A DNA stretch of 64,000 nucleotides from an uncultured Spartobacteria bacterium (GCA_903919125.1 CAIXGS010000012.1:27706-91705); one strand, 5' to 3'. Positions 26,963-38,562 are shown, numbered from the stretch's first letter. A program made the numbers and translations. Notes: generated by a model not told the origin, from the letters alone.

Positions 26963-27904
26963 CTATGGTAAAAGGATGTGGCCAGGCTCTTCAGATGTCT
27001 GAGTATGGGATCGAGTTACCTCTGCGGACTCCCGCTCCGAAAGTGACTCGCCTGCCCGCCATAAGCCGACCGCGCAAGTCAGTAACACCGCGATGCTAAC
27101 GAATAGCACGCAGCAGTAATGCACCGCCTTGTAAGGGACGTGAGGCGCCGGCAACGTTTTGTCTTTACCAGAAAGCACCTGCCACGCTCGGTAGAACGCC
27201 GGTAGCAGTAACATGGGAATGAGCAGGCAGTTTTTCCAACCCAAGTCGGCGAACTTGTAAACGTACCAGAGCAAGGCGACGCATCCCGGCACCCACAGCC
27301 AGCGTCCCAATAGGGCGGCTATTCGCGCGCCGTCGAGTATGCCTGCGGGAATGAGATTGAAGAGGTGGACCAAGTAACCAAACAGGGCGGCCTTCATTAA
27401 AACGGTCGAGTCGCAGCGGTTTGCTGCGTAATGGATGGCCACGGTTGCCAACACGCCGGCAACTGGCCCGGCGACGCCAACCCACGCTTCCTCCACTGGA
27501 TTAGCGAATGGACGCCGCAAATTAATGAAGGCGCCAAACGGCCCCAGGAACACCGGCCAGTTCACCGGGATGCCCAGCCACTGCGCCGCGAACAGGTGCC
27601 CTAGTTCGTGGACGCCAATCACCGTGAGCATCGCGGACGCCTGCCCTAAACTTCCGTTATGCGCCAAAATCGCGAGACTCCCCGCCAGCGACAACACGCT
27701 CAACGCGAGACCCCTCGACTCGCTTGAGTCCTCCGAAGTCGGCTTGGGCCTCACCCGTCGAGTATTTTGAAGAGCCGCTTCTTGCGGCTCCATAAACAGC
27801 GGCAGCGGGAGCTGTTCCTCTGCTTCACGGGATCTCAGAGGAACGTGTTTCAGTTTGAAGTAGGGTGGTGGCATTGCGGGTGGCTCCTTATTTGCCGCGC
27901 CCAA
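26963..27904 (-). CDS. M50-family (site-2 protease-like) membrane metallopeptidase
   Basis: HELGH zinc motif within multiple hydrophobic helices. Confidence 0.65.
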   Translation of the reverse strand: MGAANKEPPAMPPPYFKLKHVPLRSREAEEQLPLPLFMEPQEAALQNTRRVRPKPTSEDSSESRGLALSVLSLAGSLAILAHNGSLGQASAMLTVIGVHELGHLFAAQWLGIPVNWPVFLGPFGAFINLRRPFANPVEEAWVGVAGPVAGVLATVAIHYAANRCDSTVLMKAALFGYLVHLFNLIPAGILDGARIAALLGRWLWVPGCVALLWYVYKFADLGWKNCLLIPMLLLPAFYRAWQVLSGKDKTLPAPHVPYKAVHYCCVLFVSIAVLLTCAVGLWRAGESLSERESAEVTRSHTQTSEEPGHILLP

Positions 27905-29528
27905 ACAGCCGACCAGCGCGCGTCGGATGCCGCAGTTTGCGCAGCGCCTTCGCTTCGATTTGCCGAATGCGTTCTCTCGTTACACCAAAGCGCTGACCGA
28001 GCTGCTCCAAGGTTTGCGGGTTATGGTCGCGCAACCCGTTTCGCATTTCGATGATGACTCGCTCGCGATCACTGAGGGTGCTGATCATCCGATTGAGATG
28101 TTCCCTCACGTCTGATTGGTCGGTGTCGTGGAAGGGATCCACCGCGTTCTCATCGGGAATCATGTCGCCCAGAGTTTTGTCCTGGCTCTCGCCGATCAAC
28201 GTATCCAGCGAGATGGTAAGTTGTGCCGAGCCCAGCACTTCCCGAATTCGGTCCACCGGCATGGCTGTGGCTTCTGCGATTTCTTCATGCGTCGCTTCCC
28301 TCCCAAATTCCTGAAAAAGCTGGCGTTGGATCCGGCTTAAGCGCGTGAGGTGCTCATTCATGTGGATCGGAATACGGATCATACGCGACTGGTCGCCGAT
28401 GGCGCGAGTGATCGCCTGACGAATCCACCAGCTTGCGTAAGTGGAAAAGCGATATCCCAGACGGTAGTCAAAACGTTCCACCGCACGGGTTAGACCGATG
28501 TTACCTTCCTGAATCAAATCCATCAGTGGCATGCCGCGGTTCATGTATTTCTTGGCGATCGAGACGACCAGGCGCAGGTTGGCCTCCACCATGTCGTTAC
28601 GGGCATTGGTAGAACGCGCGATCCAGCGTTTGAGTTGTGCCGCGTTGTCCATCGCATCTTCGGGCGACATCCAATGGGCTCGGAAAAACTGGCGTTTTCT
28701 TTGGAGTGTTCCTTTTTTGTCTAGGCCGTCGACCGAGAGCGCGTTGGCGGTTTCCGCGCCGGTTGTTACTAACGCTCCGAGTTCAAGCACAACGGCATTG
28801 CGCAGCCGTAACCGCAGAGCGACTTGAGAAAAACGCTTTTGCAATCTCGCCAATTCCTCGCCGTGAACTTCGCGGGCTCTTGCGCTCCGCGCGCTCGCGA
28901 CCTCGTTGCTCGCTATTGTGAGGCCAGCCGTTAATTGCTCCAATTCCTCGACCCAGCGGCCAAGCCGTTTTTTGTGGACTCCAGCCTCCTCGGGTTTAAT
29001 CGCACAGGCCTGCTCCAAGCGGAGCGTTCCGGAGGACAGTTCCCTTGCGCGCTCGATGATTTTCCCAGCTGCTGTTCCGCAACGTAAGACACATAAAACA
29101 GCCTGGTAGTCGGCTTCGTCCAAACGCTTGGCAACGGCTTGTTCGCCGTCCTTTCCCAGCAACGCAACGCGTCCAATTTGACGTAGGTACGTCTGCAAAG
29201 AATCAGGCAAGGCAGCGGCCAATTCCTTCGGATCCGCGTTTTCAAAGCTTTCGGCGTTCAACACGTCCTCTTGATCGGGGGTTACGGCGATTGGCTGCTC
29301 TTCCTCGATCTCAACGGGCGAATCCGCTTCCGTCTTGTCCTTTGGAACAACAAAGCGCAACCTCTCGGAGGTGGCATCTGCCTGCTTGCGCCGCTCATGC
29401 ACGAGAGGCTTATTTCTGGGACTGGCGGACTGTTTTAGTGTGCTTGTGGGTGAGTTCAGTTTCATATTTGGGTGTGAAGCTTCTAGTGTGGAGACTATTG
29501 TGATGAGCAACTTTCCCTTCTTGGGCAT
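27888..29528 (-). CDS. rpoD: RNA polymerase primary sigma factor RpoD
   Basis: Regions 1.2 to 4 are all recognisable ([55 protein letters not shown]-terminal [34 protein letters not shown]). Confidence 0.9.
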   Translation of the reverse strand: MPKKGKLLITIVSTLEASHPNMKLNSPTSTLKQSASPRNKPLVHERRKQADATSERLRFVVPKDKTEADSPVEIEEEQPIAVTPDQEDVLNAESFENADPKELAAALPDSLQTYLRQIGRVALLGKDGEQAVAKRLDEADYQAVLCVLRCGTAAGKIIERARELSSGTLRLEQACAIKPEEAGVHKKRLGRWVEELEQLTAGLTIASNEVASARSARAREVHGEELARLQKRFSQVALRLRLRNAVVLELGALVTTGAETANALSVDGLDKKGTLQRKRQFFRAHWMSPEDAMDNAAQLKRWIARSTNARNDMVEANLRLVVSIAKKYMNRGMPLMDLIQEGNIGLTRAVERFDYRLGYRFSTYASWWIRQAITRAIGDQSRMIRIPIHMNEHLTRLSRIQRQLFQEFGREATHEEIAEATAMPVDRIREVLGSAQLTISLDTLIGESQDKTLGDMIPDENAVDPFHDTDQSDVREHLNRMISTLSDRERVIIEMRNGLRDHNPQTLEQLGQRFGVTRERIRQIEAKALRKLRHPTRAGRLFGRGK

Positions 29529-29659
29529 CCTCTGGTGGCTCGGGACACAGTGTTATTATCGCACATTGCGCGGCGGGACTGACGCAGTGGGCCCGCTCAC
29601 CCCCTAATGGAACCGGCGGGCGATGAATTATTTTTGAAACGAACGGTGCGAACCTTTGG

Positions 29660-30457
29660 ATGTGCGATAATGTTGGGATGCCCGCAACCCATCCTAAATC
29701 CAAACCGCGCCCTACCCGTTTGATAACCGTCAGCTTTGCTGATGATGCCGCCGAATGGCTCCGTGAAATCAACGAAGCGGTTCAGGCCAATCCCAAGGAA
29801 ATCCGTGTGCAATTTATCGGCGCAAGCATCGCCCCGCCCTTTGAAATTATTGCTCTGCGGAATGCCTTATTACAAATTCCTGAGGAGATTCATTTGGTAA
29901 CTATTGCGACCTGTTCGTTGCCTCCTTTTGGCTGCGCAGCGTGGCTCGTGGGCGACGAGCGTCAGATCGCCCGAGATGCCGTCGTGTGGATTCCGAAGCT
30001 GCCGGAATCCCTGCTGCGTGAAGGACAAAAAGGCTCTGAAGGTCGTTTACTTAAAGAGGGGTGTCCAGACTTGGACGAGGAATCTGAGGAGGACGAGGAT
30101 CCAGAGGCGGACGCCAATGATCAGCGGCTACGTTCCATGGTGATATCGTCGAATAAAAAGTCGCGCGTCGACTTTGATCTTCGGGCACTGGCTGATGTGC
30201 TCAACGAGTGGTTTCCCTCTTGGGAATTCACCGGTTCTTATTTGGATTTCGACGACTTGCTCGCTTGGGAAGTCGTGCGTCCCGAATGGGGCTTTGGAGG
30301 CCGAGGCACGCGCACAAGGCAGCCTCAAACCGCCCCATCTCGAAGCCGTCGCGTTGAAAAGAAATCCAGCAGCAAAGAAGATCCGCTGGAGGAGCTGCCG
30401 TCCTCAAACCCGGATGATGCTCGGGGCGAAATACCGATCCCGAGAGAAGAGACTTAA
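29660..30457 (+). CDS. hypothetical protein with acidic low-complexity segment
   Basis: ORF only. Confidence 0.4.
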   Translation: MCDNVGMPATHPKSKPRPTRLITVSFADDAAEWLREINEAVQANPKEIRVQFIGASIAPPFEIIALRNALLQIPEEIHLVTIATCSLPPFGCAAWLVGDERQIARDAVVWIPKLPESLLREGQKGSEGRLLKEGCPDLDEESEEDEDPEADANDQRLRSMVISSNKKSRVDFDLRALADVLNEWFPSWEFTGSYLDFDDLLAWEVVRPEWGFGGRGTRTRQPQTAPSRSRRVEKKSSSKEDPLEELPSSNPDDARGEIPIPREET

Positions 30458-30647
30458 GCATCTCCGGACGATAGCGCCCGAGGAATGTCGTAAAACGACG
30501 GCATTTCTCTGGTGCCGCAGTGTGATTGTGACTTCGCGGCAATAAGCTTCTACGGCCTGTACCGAACTTTGCCCCGCCCAAATCAGGCGCCGCTCTTGGC
30601 TTAAACCTGATTTTCTCGTTCGGAGTCTTCTTTCAAAGAACCGTAAG

Positions 30648-30908
30648 TTACTTGGCCGCAGATAGCTGCTTTTTCTTGATGCGAACGTACACAATCCAGC
30701 GGTCCAGGTAGCCTTCCGCACGCGTGTCCGCAACCGGAACCGGTTCGAGGTAATGGTTGTCTTTGAAATTGGCGTCGCAGTTACCTTCCCAATCCAACTG
30801 ATCGACGATGAAGTCGATGTCGTTGTGGTACTCCTTAGGCATGTCTTTCACCAACAAATCCCACGGCACATAACGGCCTTCCACCAAGTTCTCGTACATC
30901 CCGAACAC
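30648..30908 (-). CDS. small hypothetical protein (86 aa)
   Basis: ORF only. Confidence 0.25.
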   Translation of the reverse strand: MFGMYENLVEGRYVPWDLLVKDMPKEYHNDIDFIVDQLDWEGNCDANFKDNHYLEPVPVADTRAEGYLDRWIVYVRIKKKQLSAAK

Positions 30909-31006
30909 GCCAGCGAGCCGTAATCAATGCTTTGACTAAAAAGGAATAGGTCGCTTAGCCGAGGAACTTACTTGCATTTCAATGTCCAAATGATACGCCC
31001 CGAGAC

Positions 31007-32995
31007 ATGCTCATTTTCGTCATCGTCGGTTTGCTGGCAATCGCAGCACTGGTGTACATGCCTCGCCTTTTGGGGGTTGTCTACATTCCGCACACGAGAG
31101 TGGGACTCATAGAGAAGCTCTGGAGCGCGCGTGGGTCGCTTTCTGAGGGACATATCATCGCAACGGCAAATGAGGCTGGGATGCAAAGCCGCGTGCTGCG
31201 AGGCGGCATTCACTTCGGGCTCTTTCCCTGGCAATACCGCATTCATCGCGTGCCGTTGGTGAGTATATCGGAAGGGCGCATTGGCTATGTGTATGCCAAG
31301 GACGGCTCTCCGCTGGAAGCCCAGCAGACGCTCGGGCGCACCGTCGAGTGCAACCAGTTTCAAGATACGGACGCGTTCCTCAGTAAGAAGGGCCAGCGAG
31401 GGCGGCAGAGAGCCATTCTTCGCGAAGGCGTTTACGCGATCAACACCGCTCAATTCGTTATCCTGACAGAGACTGCCATTTACAGCTTGGACGAAGACGA
31501 GACGTATTCCCTCTGGCAAAACGAACTGGCGCAACTGAATGGGTTTCGTCCGGTGAACATCAGCTCTATAGTGGACGATGCGGCAGTTGCCCACGGCACC
31601 GCACTCCCCGCCTCGGGACCGGGAGGACGCACCGACGCCATTGGGATCGTCGCCGTGCAAGATGGTCCGACGATTCCAGCTGGCGAAACCATAGCCCCGG
31701 CCATCAAAGCTAATCACAACTATTTTCAGGACATCGAAACATTCCTCGCAAACGGCGGTTGCCGCGGACGCCAACTGCAAGTGCTCACCGACGGCACATT
31801 TTTCATCAATCGCTGGTTTGCGACCATAGAGCTCGGACAAAAGACGCTCGTGCCCATCGGCTTTGTAGGCGTGGTTGTTTCGTATTACGGAGAAACAGGA
31901 ACCGACACCACGGGCTCAACTTTCCGTTATGGCGAGCAGGTCGCTGTGGGCGAAAAAGGCGTGTGGCGCGAAGCTTTGACTCCCGGCAAATATCCGCTGA
32001 ACCCCTACGCGATTAAAATAGAACTGGTTCCCACCGTCAACTTTGTATTGCGCTGGATCACGGGTCAAAGCGAGAGCCACCGCTACGACGAGCAATTAGC
32101 GACTTTAGAAATCATCACCGCAGACGGGTACGAACCGTTGCTGCCGCTCTCCTTGGTGCTGCACATTGACTACCAAAAAGCGCCCTCAGTCGTGCAACGT
32201 TTCGGTGATGTCAAACGGCTCATTACCCAAACGTTAGACCCCATTTTGACAGCCTACTTCCGGGACGTTGCGCAGGGCTCTCGTATGCTAGATCTACTCA
32301 CTCATCGCGAGGATATCCAGAAACGAGCGACACTCGAATTGAGCAAGCGATTTGAGGAGTTTGACATCAACTGCGTGGCTGTCCTCATCGGGCGACCTGA
32401 ATCAAAGATTGCCGACCAGACGGCGGATCCCATCGAGAAGTTGTTCGATCAGTTGCGGATCCGGCGACTTGCTGAAGAGCAACGTGAGACTTACGCAAAG
32501 CAGCAAGAGGCGGAATTCCACCTCAAGGCGTTGCAGGAGGCCAAGGCGATTGCTGGTAAGCAGCAAGAATTGACGCAGTCAAAAATCGAGATCGAAGTGG
32601 CGACAAACCGTGCGGAAGCCCAGTTGGCCGAGGCGCAGCGGATGGCGAAAAAGGACATCGCGCTGGCAGAGGGGCGTGCGAAAGCGCAGGTGCTTGAGGG
32701 GCAGGGCGAGGCCTCCAAAATTACGCAAATCGGTGAAGCGGAAGCTGCGGTGTTCGCCCAAAAAATCGCCGCCTACGGAGATCCCCGCCTGTTTGCTTTA
32801 CGCGATGTCGCGGAACGTTTTGCGAATTCAAAACAGCCTTTAGTTCCAGAAAGACTTCTGGTTACAGGAGGCTCTGGAGAGCAACCCGGAAGCCTCATGC
32901 AAACTCTTTTGACCCTGATGATATCCGAAAAAACCGACACCGGTTTCAATGCTCCGCCTCCAGTTTCCCCAAAGGTTCCAAATCCCAACGCTTGA
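31007..32995 (+). CDS. SPFH/band-7 (flotillin-like) membrane protein with long coiled-coil C-terminus
   Basis: N-terminal TM, SPFH-like core, then an extended EA-rich coiled coil (QQEAEFHLKALQEAKAIAGKQQELTQSKIEIEVATNRAEAQLAEAQR...). Confidence 0.8.
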   Translation: MLIFVIVGLLAIAALVYMPRLLGVVYIPHTRVGLIEKLWSARGSLSEGHIIATANEAGMQSRVLRGGIHFGLFPWQYRIHRVPLVSISEGRIGYVYAKDGSPLEAQQTLGRTVECNQFQDTDAFLSKKGQRGRQRAILREGVYAINTAQFVILTETAIYSLDEDETYSLWQNELAQLNGFRPVNISSIVDDAAVAHGTALPASGPGGRTDAIGIVAVQDGPTIPAGETIAPAIKANHNYFQDIETFLANGGCRGRQLQVLTDGTFFINRWFATIELGQKTLVPIGFVGVVVSYYGETGTDTTGSTFRYGEQVAVGEKGVWREALTPGKYPLNPYAIKIELVPTVNFVLRWITGQSESHRYDEQLATLEIITADGYEPLLPLSLVLHIDYQKAPSVVQRFGDVKRLITQTLDPILTAYFRDVAQGSRMLDLLTHREDIQKRATLELSKRFEEFDINCVAVLIGRPESKIADQTADPIEKLFDQLRIRRLAEEQRETYAKQQEAEFHLKALQEAKAIAGKQQELTQSKIEIEVATNRAEAQLAEAQRMAKKDIALAEGRAKAQVLEGQGEASKITQIGEAEAAVFAQKIAAYGDPRLFALRDVAERFANSKQPLVPERLLVTGGSGEQPGSLMQTLLTLMISEKTDTGFNAPPPVSPKVPNPNA

Positions 32996-33878
32996 CTCTC
33001 TGCGTCTCCAGCTTTCCTCTATTCCTCCTATGAAATGGTTTCCCCTTCTCCCAGCAATCGTCGTTTTTTCAGCCAGCGCCCTATACGCCGCCGCACCGAT
33101 CGCAGCAGATCTCCGCACCAACGGGTACGCGCTTGGCACCCAGTCGTATACCTTCAAACAATTCACCTTTGAGGAGGCCTGCGCCAAGACGGCCTCAGCC
33201 GGTTTAAAGACAACAGAACTTTTCCCAGGTCAAAAGATCTCAGCGGCTTTGCCCACAGAAAAGACTGGGCCCGGAGTTTCCGCTGAGGGACTCGCAGCAA
33301 TCAAAGACATCCTCAAGAAGAACGGCTTACAAGCCGTCGCGATTGGTGTGATCGGAATTCCTAAGGACGAAGAAGGTGCACGGAAAGTTTTCGCCTTTGC
33401 CAAAGAATTAGAAATCAAAGTCATCAACACCGAAAGCACCGAGTCCATCGACACCATCGACAAGATGGTCAAGGAATTCGACATCAAGGTCGGTTACCAC
33501 AATCACCCACAGCGCCCAGACAAACCCGACTACAAAGTATGGGACCCGAACTACATCATTGAACTCACCAAGGACAAAGACGCACGTATCGGTTCCTGCG
33601 CAGACCTCGGGCATTGGACCAACTCCGGGTTATCGGCGGCGGATTGTGTGCGCATCCTCAAAGGCCGCGTCGTTTCTAGTCACATCAAAGACATTCAAAT
33701 GGGCGGCACCAAAGTCGTTCGCGCTGGCGAAGGAAGGGCCAACTTGGGCGAGGCGTTGAAGGCGTTGAAGGAAGTTGGTTTTGACGGCCCCATTTCCATT
33801 GAACACGAAGCAAACTGGGAAGATAATGTGGGCGATGTCGTTTCCTACGTGGATTTTGTAAAGAAACAAGGAAAGTAG
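32949..33878 (+). CDS. secreted sugar-phosphate isomerase/epimerase (xylose-isomerase-like TIM barrel); likely start at 33030
   Basis: Signal peptide MKWFPLLPAIVVFSASALYAAAP; GYHNH...H...EHE pattern of the TIM-barrel family. Confidence 0.65.
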   Translation: MLRLQFPQRFQIPTLDSLRLQLSSIPPMKWFPLLPAIVVFSASALYAAAPIAADLRTNGYALGTQSYTFKQFTFEEACAKTASAGLKTTELFPGQKISAALPTEKTGPGVSAEGLAAIKDILKKNGLQAVAIGVIGIPKDEEGARKVFAFAKELEIKVINTESTESIDTIDKMVKEFDIKVGYHNHPQRPDKPDYKVWDPNYIIELTKDKDARIGSCADLGHWTNSGLSAADCVRILKGRVVSSHIKDIQMGGTKVVRAGEGRANLGEALKALKEVGFDGPISIEHEANWEDNVGDVVSYVDFVKKQGK

Positions 33879-33888
33879 ACTCGTCTCC

Positions 33889-35343
33889 CTATTTGCCGAT
33901 ACAGAACGTGCTGAAAATCTGGCCCAGCAGATCCTCAGTATCTTTCTGGCCGACTACCTCACCGGCAGAATTTAACGCCGCTCGCAATTCTTCAGCAACG
34001 AATTCGGGCGGCGTTCCTGCGTGAAGCGCCGCTTCGGCTGCTTGGAGAAATGCCAGCGAGCGGCGCAGACAATCCTGATGGCGCGCGTTAATGGCAACGT
34101 CGTTGGCGGAGTCGTGAAGACCAAGTCCCTCGCTCAACTTGAGTTCGATGGCGTCTTCCAATTCGTTTAGCCCTTCCCCGGAGAGACAGGACAAGCGCAC
34201 TGCATCGACATTTTTCCACGCGGGATGCTCGGGCAAATCCGCTTTATTAAGAACCACCACAACGCCATCCCGTTTTACCACAGGGACTTCCTCCGGAGCT
34301 GCAGTGCTGTCAAAAACCTCCAGCACCAAATCTGCCTGTTCCAATTGCTTGCGCGCCCGCTGGATGCCCTCCAGTTCCAAGGCGTCCGCCTGGTCCCGTA
34401 GCCCGGCTGTATCCACTAAACGTAACGGCCAACCGCGCACCATCACCGACTCTTCCAAAGTGTCGCGCGTCGTTCCTGGAATGCTACTGACAATGGCACG
34501 CTCGAACCCCAGTAACCGGTTGAGAAGACTGCTTTTTCCCACGTTGGGCGCCCCGCTCAAAACGGTGCGAACACCCGCCCGCAGCACGCGCCCCTGCCTT
34601 GCCGTCGCAAGCAACGCCTCCAATTCGCGAGCCACGCTACGCATCCTCTCGAGAAAGACAGCACCAGTATCAGGAGAAATGTCGTCCTCCGGAAAATCAA
34701 TATAAGCCTCAAGATGCGCGAGCAAATCCAGCAACTGTTTCTGTAACTCACGGATACGCAATCCGAGGCGTCCCTCCAGCTGGCTCGCTGCCGCGCGCAA
34801 AGCAATATCGCTCTGCGCGCCAATAAGATCCATGACAGCTTCAGCCTGTGTCAAATCCAGTTTACCGTTCAAATATGCCCGCCGCGTAAACTCCCCCGGA
34901 CCCGCCGCGTTCGCTCCCGAGCGCAGTAACAGCTCCAAGATACGTCGAGTCACCAGCGACCCGCCATGGCACCCAATTTCCACCACATCCTCACCCGTAA
35001 AACTTGCCGGCCCCGGAAACACGGTGAGCAATACCTCGTCGATTACCGCCCCGTTTTCCATAACCGCCCCAAAATGCTGCATCCTCGGACGCAATACCTT
35101 CTGTGAGCCGCGTGCCACAAAAACGCGCGTGGCAACAGCCAAGGCCTCCGGTCCGCTCACGCGAATCAAGGCAACGGCCCCCTGGCCCGGAGGCGTCGCG
35201 ATGGCTGCTACGGTATCCATGGAAAAGCGAAGCGGGCTACGAAGGCTAAGCGGTTGCAGACAAAATTTGTGAAAGCTCAGCAATGAAGCGGCGGTTTTGC
35301 TCCATCGTTCCCACAGAAACGCGCACCCACTCGGGCAGACCAT
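33889..35343 (-). CDS. mnmE: tRNA modification GTPase MnmE (true start probably MDTVAAIATPPG at about 35220)
   Basis: N-terminal GAVALIRVSGP, G-domain motifs (GAPNVGKSSLLN, TTRD), C-terminal CIGK. Confidence 0.9.
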   Translation of the reverse strand: MVCPSGCAFLWERWSKTAASLLSFHKFCLQPLSLRSPLRFSMDTVAAIATPPGQGAVALIRVSGPEALAVATRVFVARGSQKVLRPRMQHFGAVMENGAVIDEVLLTVFPGPASFTGEDVVEIGCHGGSLVTRRILELLLRSGANAAGPGEFTRRAYLNGKLDLTQAEAVMDLIGAQSDIALRAAASQLEGRLGLRIRELQKQLLDLLAHLEAYIDFPEDDISPDTGAVFLERMRSVARELEALLATARQGRVLRAGVRTVLSGAPNVGKSSLLNRLLGFERAIVSSIPGTTRDTLEESVMVRGWPLRLVDTAGLRDQADALELEGIQRARKQLEQADLVLEVFDSTAAPEEVPVVKRDGVVVVLNKADLPEHPAWKNVDAVRLSCLSGEGLNELEDAIELKLSEGLGLHDSANDVAINARHQDCLRRSLAFLQAAEAALHAGTPPEFVAEELRAALNSAGEVVGQKDTEDLLGQIFSTFCIGK

Positions 35344-36349
35344 ACGCGGCCATGTCGCGGATAATAATGCCCAGCTTCATTAAGGCGCCGAACACCGTTT
35401 TACCGTTGCCGACTTTCACGAGGACGAAGTTGGCATGACTTGGAACGAATTCCAAACCGAGTTGCGCGAAACTCGTCTCCAGATAAGCGCGACCTTCATC
35501 GGTGATTTCGCGGGTACGGTTCTGGTGTTCGACATCTAGCAGACCCGCGAGTGCGCCTGCCTGCGCAATGCCGTTTGTATTAAAGGGTTGCCGTGTCTTT
35601 TGAAGCACGCTGATAAGCTCAGCGGGAGCTAGTCCGTAGCCTATGCGCAGATTTGCGAGGCCCTGTATTTTCGAAAAAGTGCGCAACACCACAACGTTGC
35701 GGCCCTCGCGCACAAATTTCAAAGTGTCAGGCGGGTTGGCAAGGAACTCGAAATAAGCTTCATCAAAAATCACCACCACGTGAGGAGGCACTTTGTCCAT
35801 GAAGCGATCGATTTCCTCTTGAGAAACCAGCGTGCCAGTAGGGTTGTTGGGGTTGGCGATGAAGATCTCCTTCGTGGCAGGAGTGATCGCCGCGGCCATC
35901 GCATCCAGATCGTGACGGAAGCCTGGATCTGGTACCTCGACTGTGGTTGCTCCAAAAAGCGTCGCCATCAGTTTGTAGACGACGAATGCGTGCTTCGCGG
36001 TCACCACCTCGTCGCTCGGTTTAAGAAAAGCGTGCCCGATAAATTCGATGATCTCGTTAGAACCGCATCCGAGGATCACGTTTTCTCGGCTCAATCCGCA
36101 TTTCTCCGCGATAGCCTCACGCAAATAGTAACCACCACCATCTGGATAAAAATGACTGCGCTCCAATGTTTTCCGCATTGCCTCCAGTGCTTTGGGTGAA
36201 GGCCCAAGAGGATTCTCGTTGGAGGCAAGTTTGATGATAGAAGAAGGATCCAGCCCCAATTCACGCGCCACATCTTCGATGGGCTTTCCGGGTTCGTAAG
36301 ACAACAAGTCGCGCAGCCAAGGATGAGATAGGTTCCAAATGGAGGACAT
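35246..36349 (-). CDS. hisC: histidinol-phosphate aminotransferase
   Basis: LASNENPLGPSPKA motif and class II aminotransferase features. Confidence 0.85.
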   Translation of the reverse strand: MSSIWNLSHPWLRDLLSYEPGKPIEDVARELGLDPSSIIKLASNENPLGPSPKALEAMRKTLERSHFYPDGGGYYLREAIAEKCGLSRENVILGCGSNEIIEFIGHAFLKPSDEVVTAKHAFVVYKLMATLFGATTVEVPDPGFRHDLDAMAAAITPATKEIFIANPNNPTGTLVSQEEIDRFMDKVPPHVVVIFDEAYFEFLANPPDTLKFVREGRNVVVLRTFSKIQGLANLRIGYGLAPAELISVLQKTRQPFNTNGIAQAGALAGLLDVEHQNRTREITDEGRAYLETSFAQLGLEFVPSHANFVLVKVGNGKTVFGALMKLGIIIRDMAAYGLPEWVRVSVGTMEQNRRFIAELSQILSATA

Positions 36350-36391
36350 AAAGCGGCGAGACTAAAGGAAGGACGCCCCCAGCGACAAGGA

Positions 36392-37417
36392 CTACGCAAC
36401 GGAGCCAAAGGCGCGGTTGATTTCCAACAAGTCTTCCGAGCGCGCCTGGCCCGTGGTTCCCACTTGATGCACCGTCGAAGAGGCCGCGAGCATCGCCAAC
36501 TCCATCGCCTCTCTAAGCGAGGCTCCCACCGCCAAAGCAGCCGTAAGGGCAGCCGTCACAGAATCCCCCGCCCCCACAATATCAATGGGTCCCCTCACCG
36601 GCAGCGAGCGGGCCGACAACGCCTTCTGACCTGGCAATGCGCCCAGCATTCCCTCTTCTGCAAGTGTGACAAAAGCGGCGCACTGATTGCGGTCAGCAAG
36701 AGCCTCCAAGGCTGTTTCCAGAGCGGTTGTGCTTGGCAGCGGCGTACCCGGTTGAAGCGCACAGAGCTCGCTGCGGTTTAACTTAAAAATCAAGGGTGGG
36801 TACAACCCCAACCCGCTACGAGAGTCTGCTAGAACTGGAATCTGACTAGCCAGTTGGGCGAGCTCCCGACGAACCGCCTCGGTGACCACCCCCGTTTCAG
36901 GAATATCGACTTGGTCCATAACGCTTATGGCGTCCACATGGCCGGCCAAACTCGCCACGGACTCTGCTAGGGCCTCGGAAACGCCCTCTGGGGTGGCACT
37001 CCAGTTTTTGGAGTCCAAACGGCTCAACTCCCGAGGCAACTGCTCCGAGGCGAGCAACAGGGGTTTGCAGTACGTAAAAGTGCGGCGTTGCGGGGTGTTC
37101 AGGAAATGGCGCAAATCGATCCCCGGCAGCGAAGAGAGCGCTCGAGCCAGCTCGTACCCTTCCCCGTCATCACCACAAAATCCAACCGGCAAAATGGTTC
37201 CGACACCCAATCCGACGAGGTTGTTCAAGACCGTTCCAGCCGCCCCCGGCTGAGCACGCACGCGCGTCACTTTGTAAACGGGCAGCCCGGTTTCGATAGA
37301 TAACTCGTGGTGGGCCGCATCGATTTCGAGATAGCGATCCAGACAAAAATCGCCGACCACAGCGAGGCGAAGCTTCGCAAATGAATTCAATAAATCCCGC
37401 AACCGCTCCTGATCCAT
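36392..37417 (-). CDS. PfkB-family carbohydrate kinase (HldE/RfaE kinase-domain-like)
   Basis: LAVVGDFCLDRYLEI N-terminus and C-terminal DIVGAGDSVTAALTAAL PfkB signature. Confidence 0.7.
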   Translation of the reverse strand: MDQERLRDLLNSFAKLRLAVVGDFCLDRYLEIDAAHHELSIETGLPVYKVTRVRAQPGAAGTVLNNLVGLGVGTILPVGFCGDDGEGYELARALSSLPGIDLRHFLNTPQRRTFTYCKPLLLASEQLPRELSRLDSKNWSATPEGVSEALAESVASLAGHVDAISVMDQVDIPETGVVTEAVRRELAQLASQIPVLADSRSGLGLYPPLIFKLNRSELCALQPGTPLPSTTALETALEALADRNQCAAFVTLAEEGMLGALPGQKALSARSLPVRGPIDIVGAGDSVTAALTAALAVGASLREAMELAMLAASSTVHQVGTTGQARSEDLLEINRAFGSVA

Positions 37418-37440
37418 ATTGAAAAATGTTGCTGATTAAA

Positions 37441-38562
37441 TCACGCCAGACGCTTCCAAAGGTGCTGGATGAAAGCCGCGTTGTCGCATTGCAAATAGGC
37501 CATCGGAGCGCCCATCCGTGAGAAGCTTTTACAAAAACGTAAGTAATACGCCGGATTAGTCTTAGGCGGCTCCCCCTGGGCCCAATCCCATCCGCCGCCG
37601 TCTTGTAAATCTACGACAAAAATAGAATGTCCCGCCACGGGCGCGCTCCCCTTTTGTAAACGGAGGTTGTTCACGCAGCTCAGACTCTTTTCGAAAACCT
37701 GCGGCCCCATAATCGCGGAGCCCACGGACAACACCACGCCGCCCTCCAAATTTGCCACCGAGCCGCCGAACAACTTAAAATCCAGTTCCGCCCCTCGTCC
37801 CAAAACTCCCCCGTTAAACGCGGGATGATTAGCGATAATATCGTAACCGATCCCCGGATGCACCGTCATGGGGACCGAGTGCTTCCACGCCGACGCCAGA
37901 ATGGACGCCTGCTTCCAGCGATGCTCCACGGCAATTCGCCCCGCGCCCCAACCGCGCTCCAGCATCGTACGAAGCAAGTCTGCTCGCGCAGGCGTGAGCG
38001 GATGCGCGGGTGCTTGGGAAATCAGCGTATGCAGCGCGACCGGGTCTGGCAGCGTCACGCCGTCTTCGTGGATAAAGCGTCCCAAGGAGCGCCCATATCC
38101 AAGGTCCTCCAACGCTCCGGCAAGTAGTGCCAGATGAATGTAATCCCCCGTTTCCTTCCAACAACCAAACGTACCGGAAGCCACGTTATCAGCGACACCC
38201 TCGGTACTTGCGCCAAGCCAAGCGTATTCCCAATCGTGGATGGTCCCCGCGCCATTGGTAGCCAAATGCGTGAGCCAACCGCGTTCCATCAAGGCGTCCA
38301 AAACCAAAGCCGCGCCGTTGCGTAAAAGGTGCGCCCCGTAAATCAGAATGACTGCGGCATCGCGCTCCCGAGCGGCGCGGATCGCTGCGGCAGCGCGGTC
38401 CAACTGAATCGCTGCGTCCTGAGAAATAGCGGCGGGCGAAGCGCTGAGCGGAAGCAGAACGTCTTCACAACGCGTCAGGCTCCGACGCTCAGCTAGCGGT
38501 TGGACCCGCAATTGGGACAGATCCAGAGGAACGAGCGCTTTGTGAGCAGTTGGCGAGCTCAT
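37441..38562 (-). CDS. hypothetical protein (373 aa)
   Basis: ORF; weak resemblance to the DHS-like NAD-binding fold at best. Confidence 0.45.
   Translation of the reverse strand: MSSPTAHKALVPLDLSQLRVQPLAERRSLTRCEDVLLPLSASPAAISQDAAIQLDRAAAAIRAARERDAAVILIYGAHLLRNGAALVLDALMERGWLTHLATNGAGTIHDWEYAWLGASTEGVADNVASGTFGCWKETGDYIHLALLAGALEDLGYGRSLGRFIHEDGVTLPDPVALHTLISQAPAHPLTPARADLLRTMLERGWGAGRIAVEHRWKQASILASAWKHSVPMTVHPGIGYDIIANHPAFNGGVLGRGAELDFKLFGGSVANLEGGVVLSVGSAIMGPQVFEKSLSCVNNLRLQKGSAPVAGHSIFVVDLQDGGGWDWAQGEPPKTNPAYYLRFCKSFSRMGAPMAYLQCDNAAFIQHLWKRLA

Noticed and set aside
30968-31840. 290-aa minus-strand ORF
   Set aside because: Fully antisense to the well-supported SPFH/flotillin-like gene; high-GC antisense ORFs are common.
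34139-34826. Plus-strand ORFs antisense to mnmE
   Set aside because: mnmE identity is unambiguous; antisense ORFs have Ser/Arg/Pro-rich low-complexity translations.
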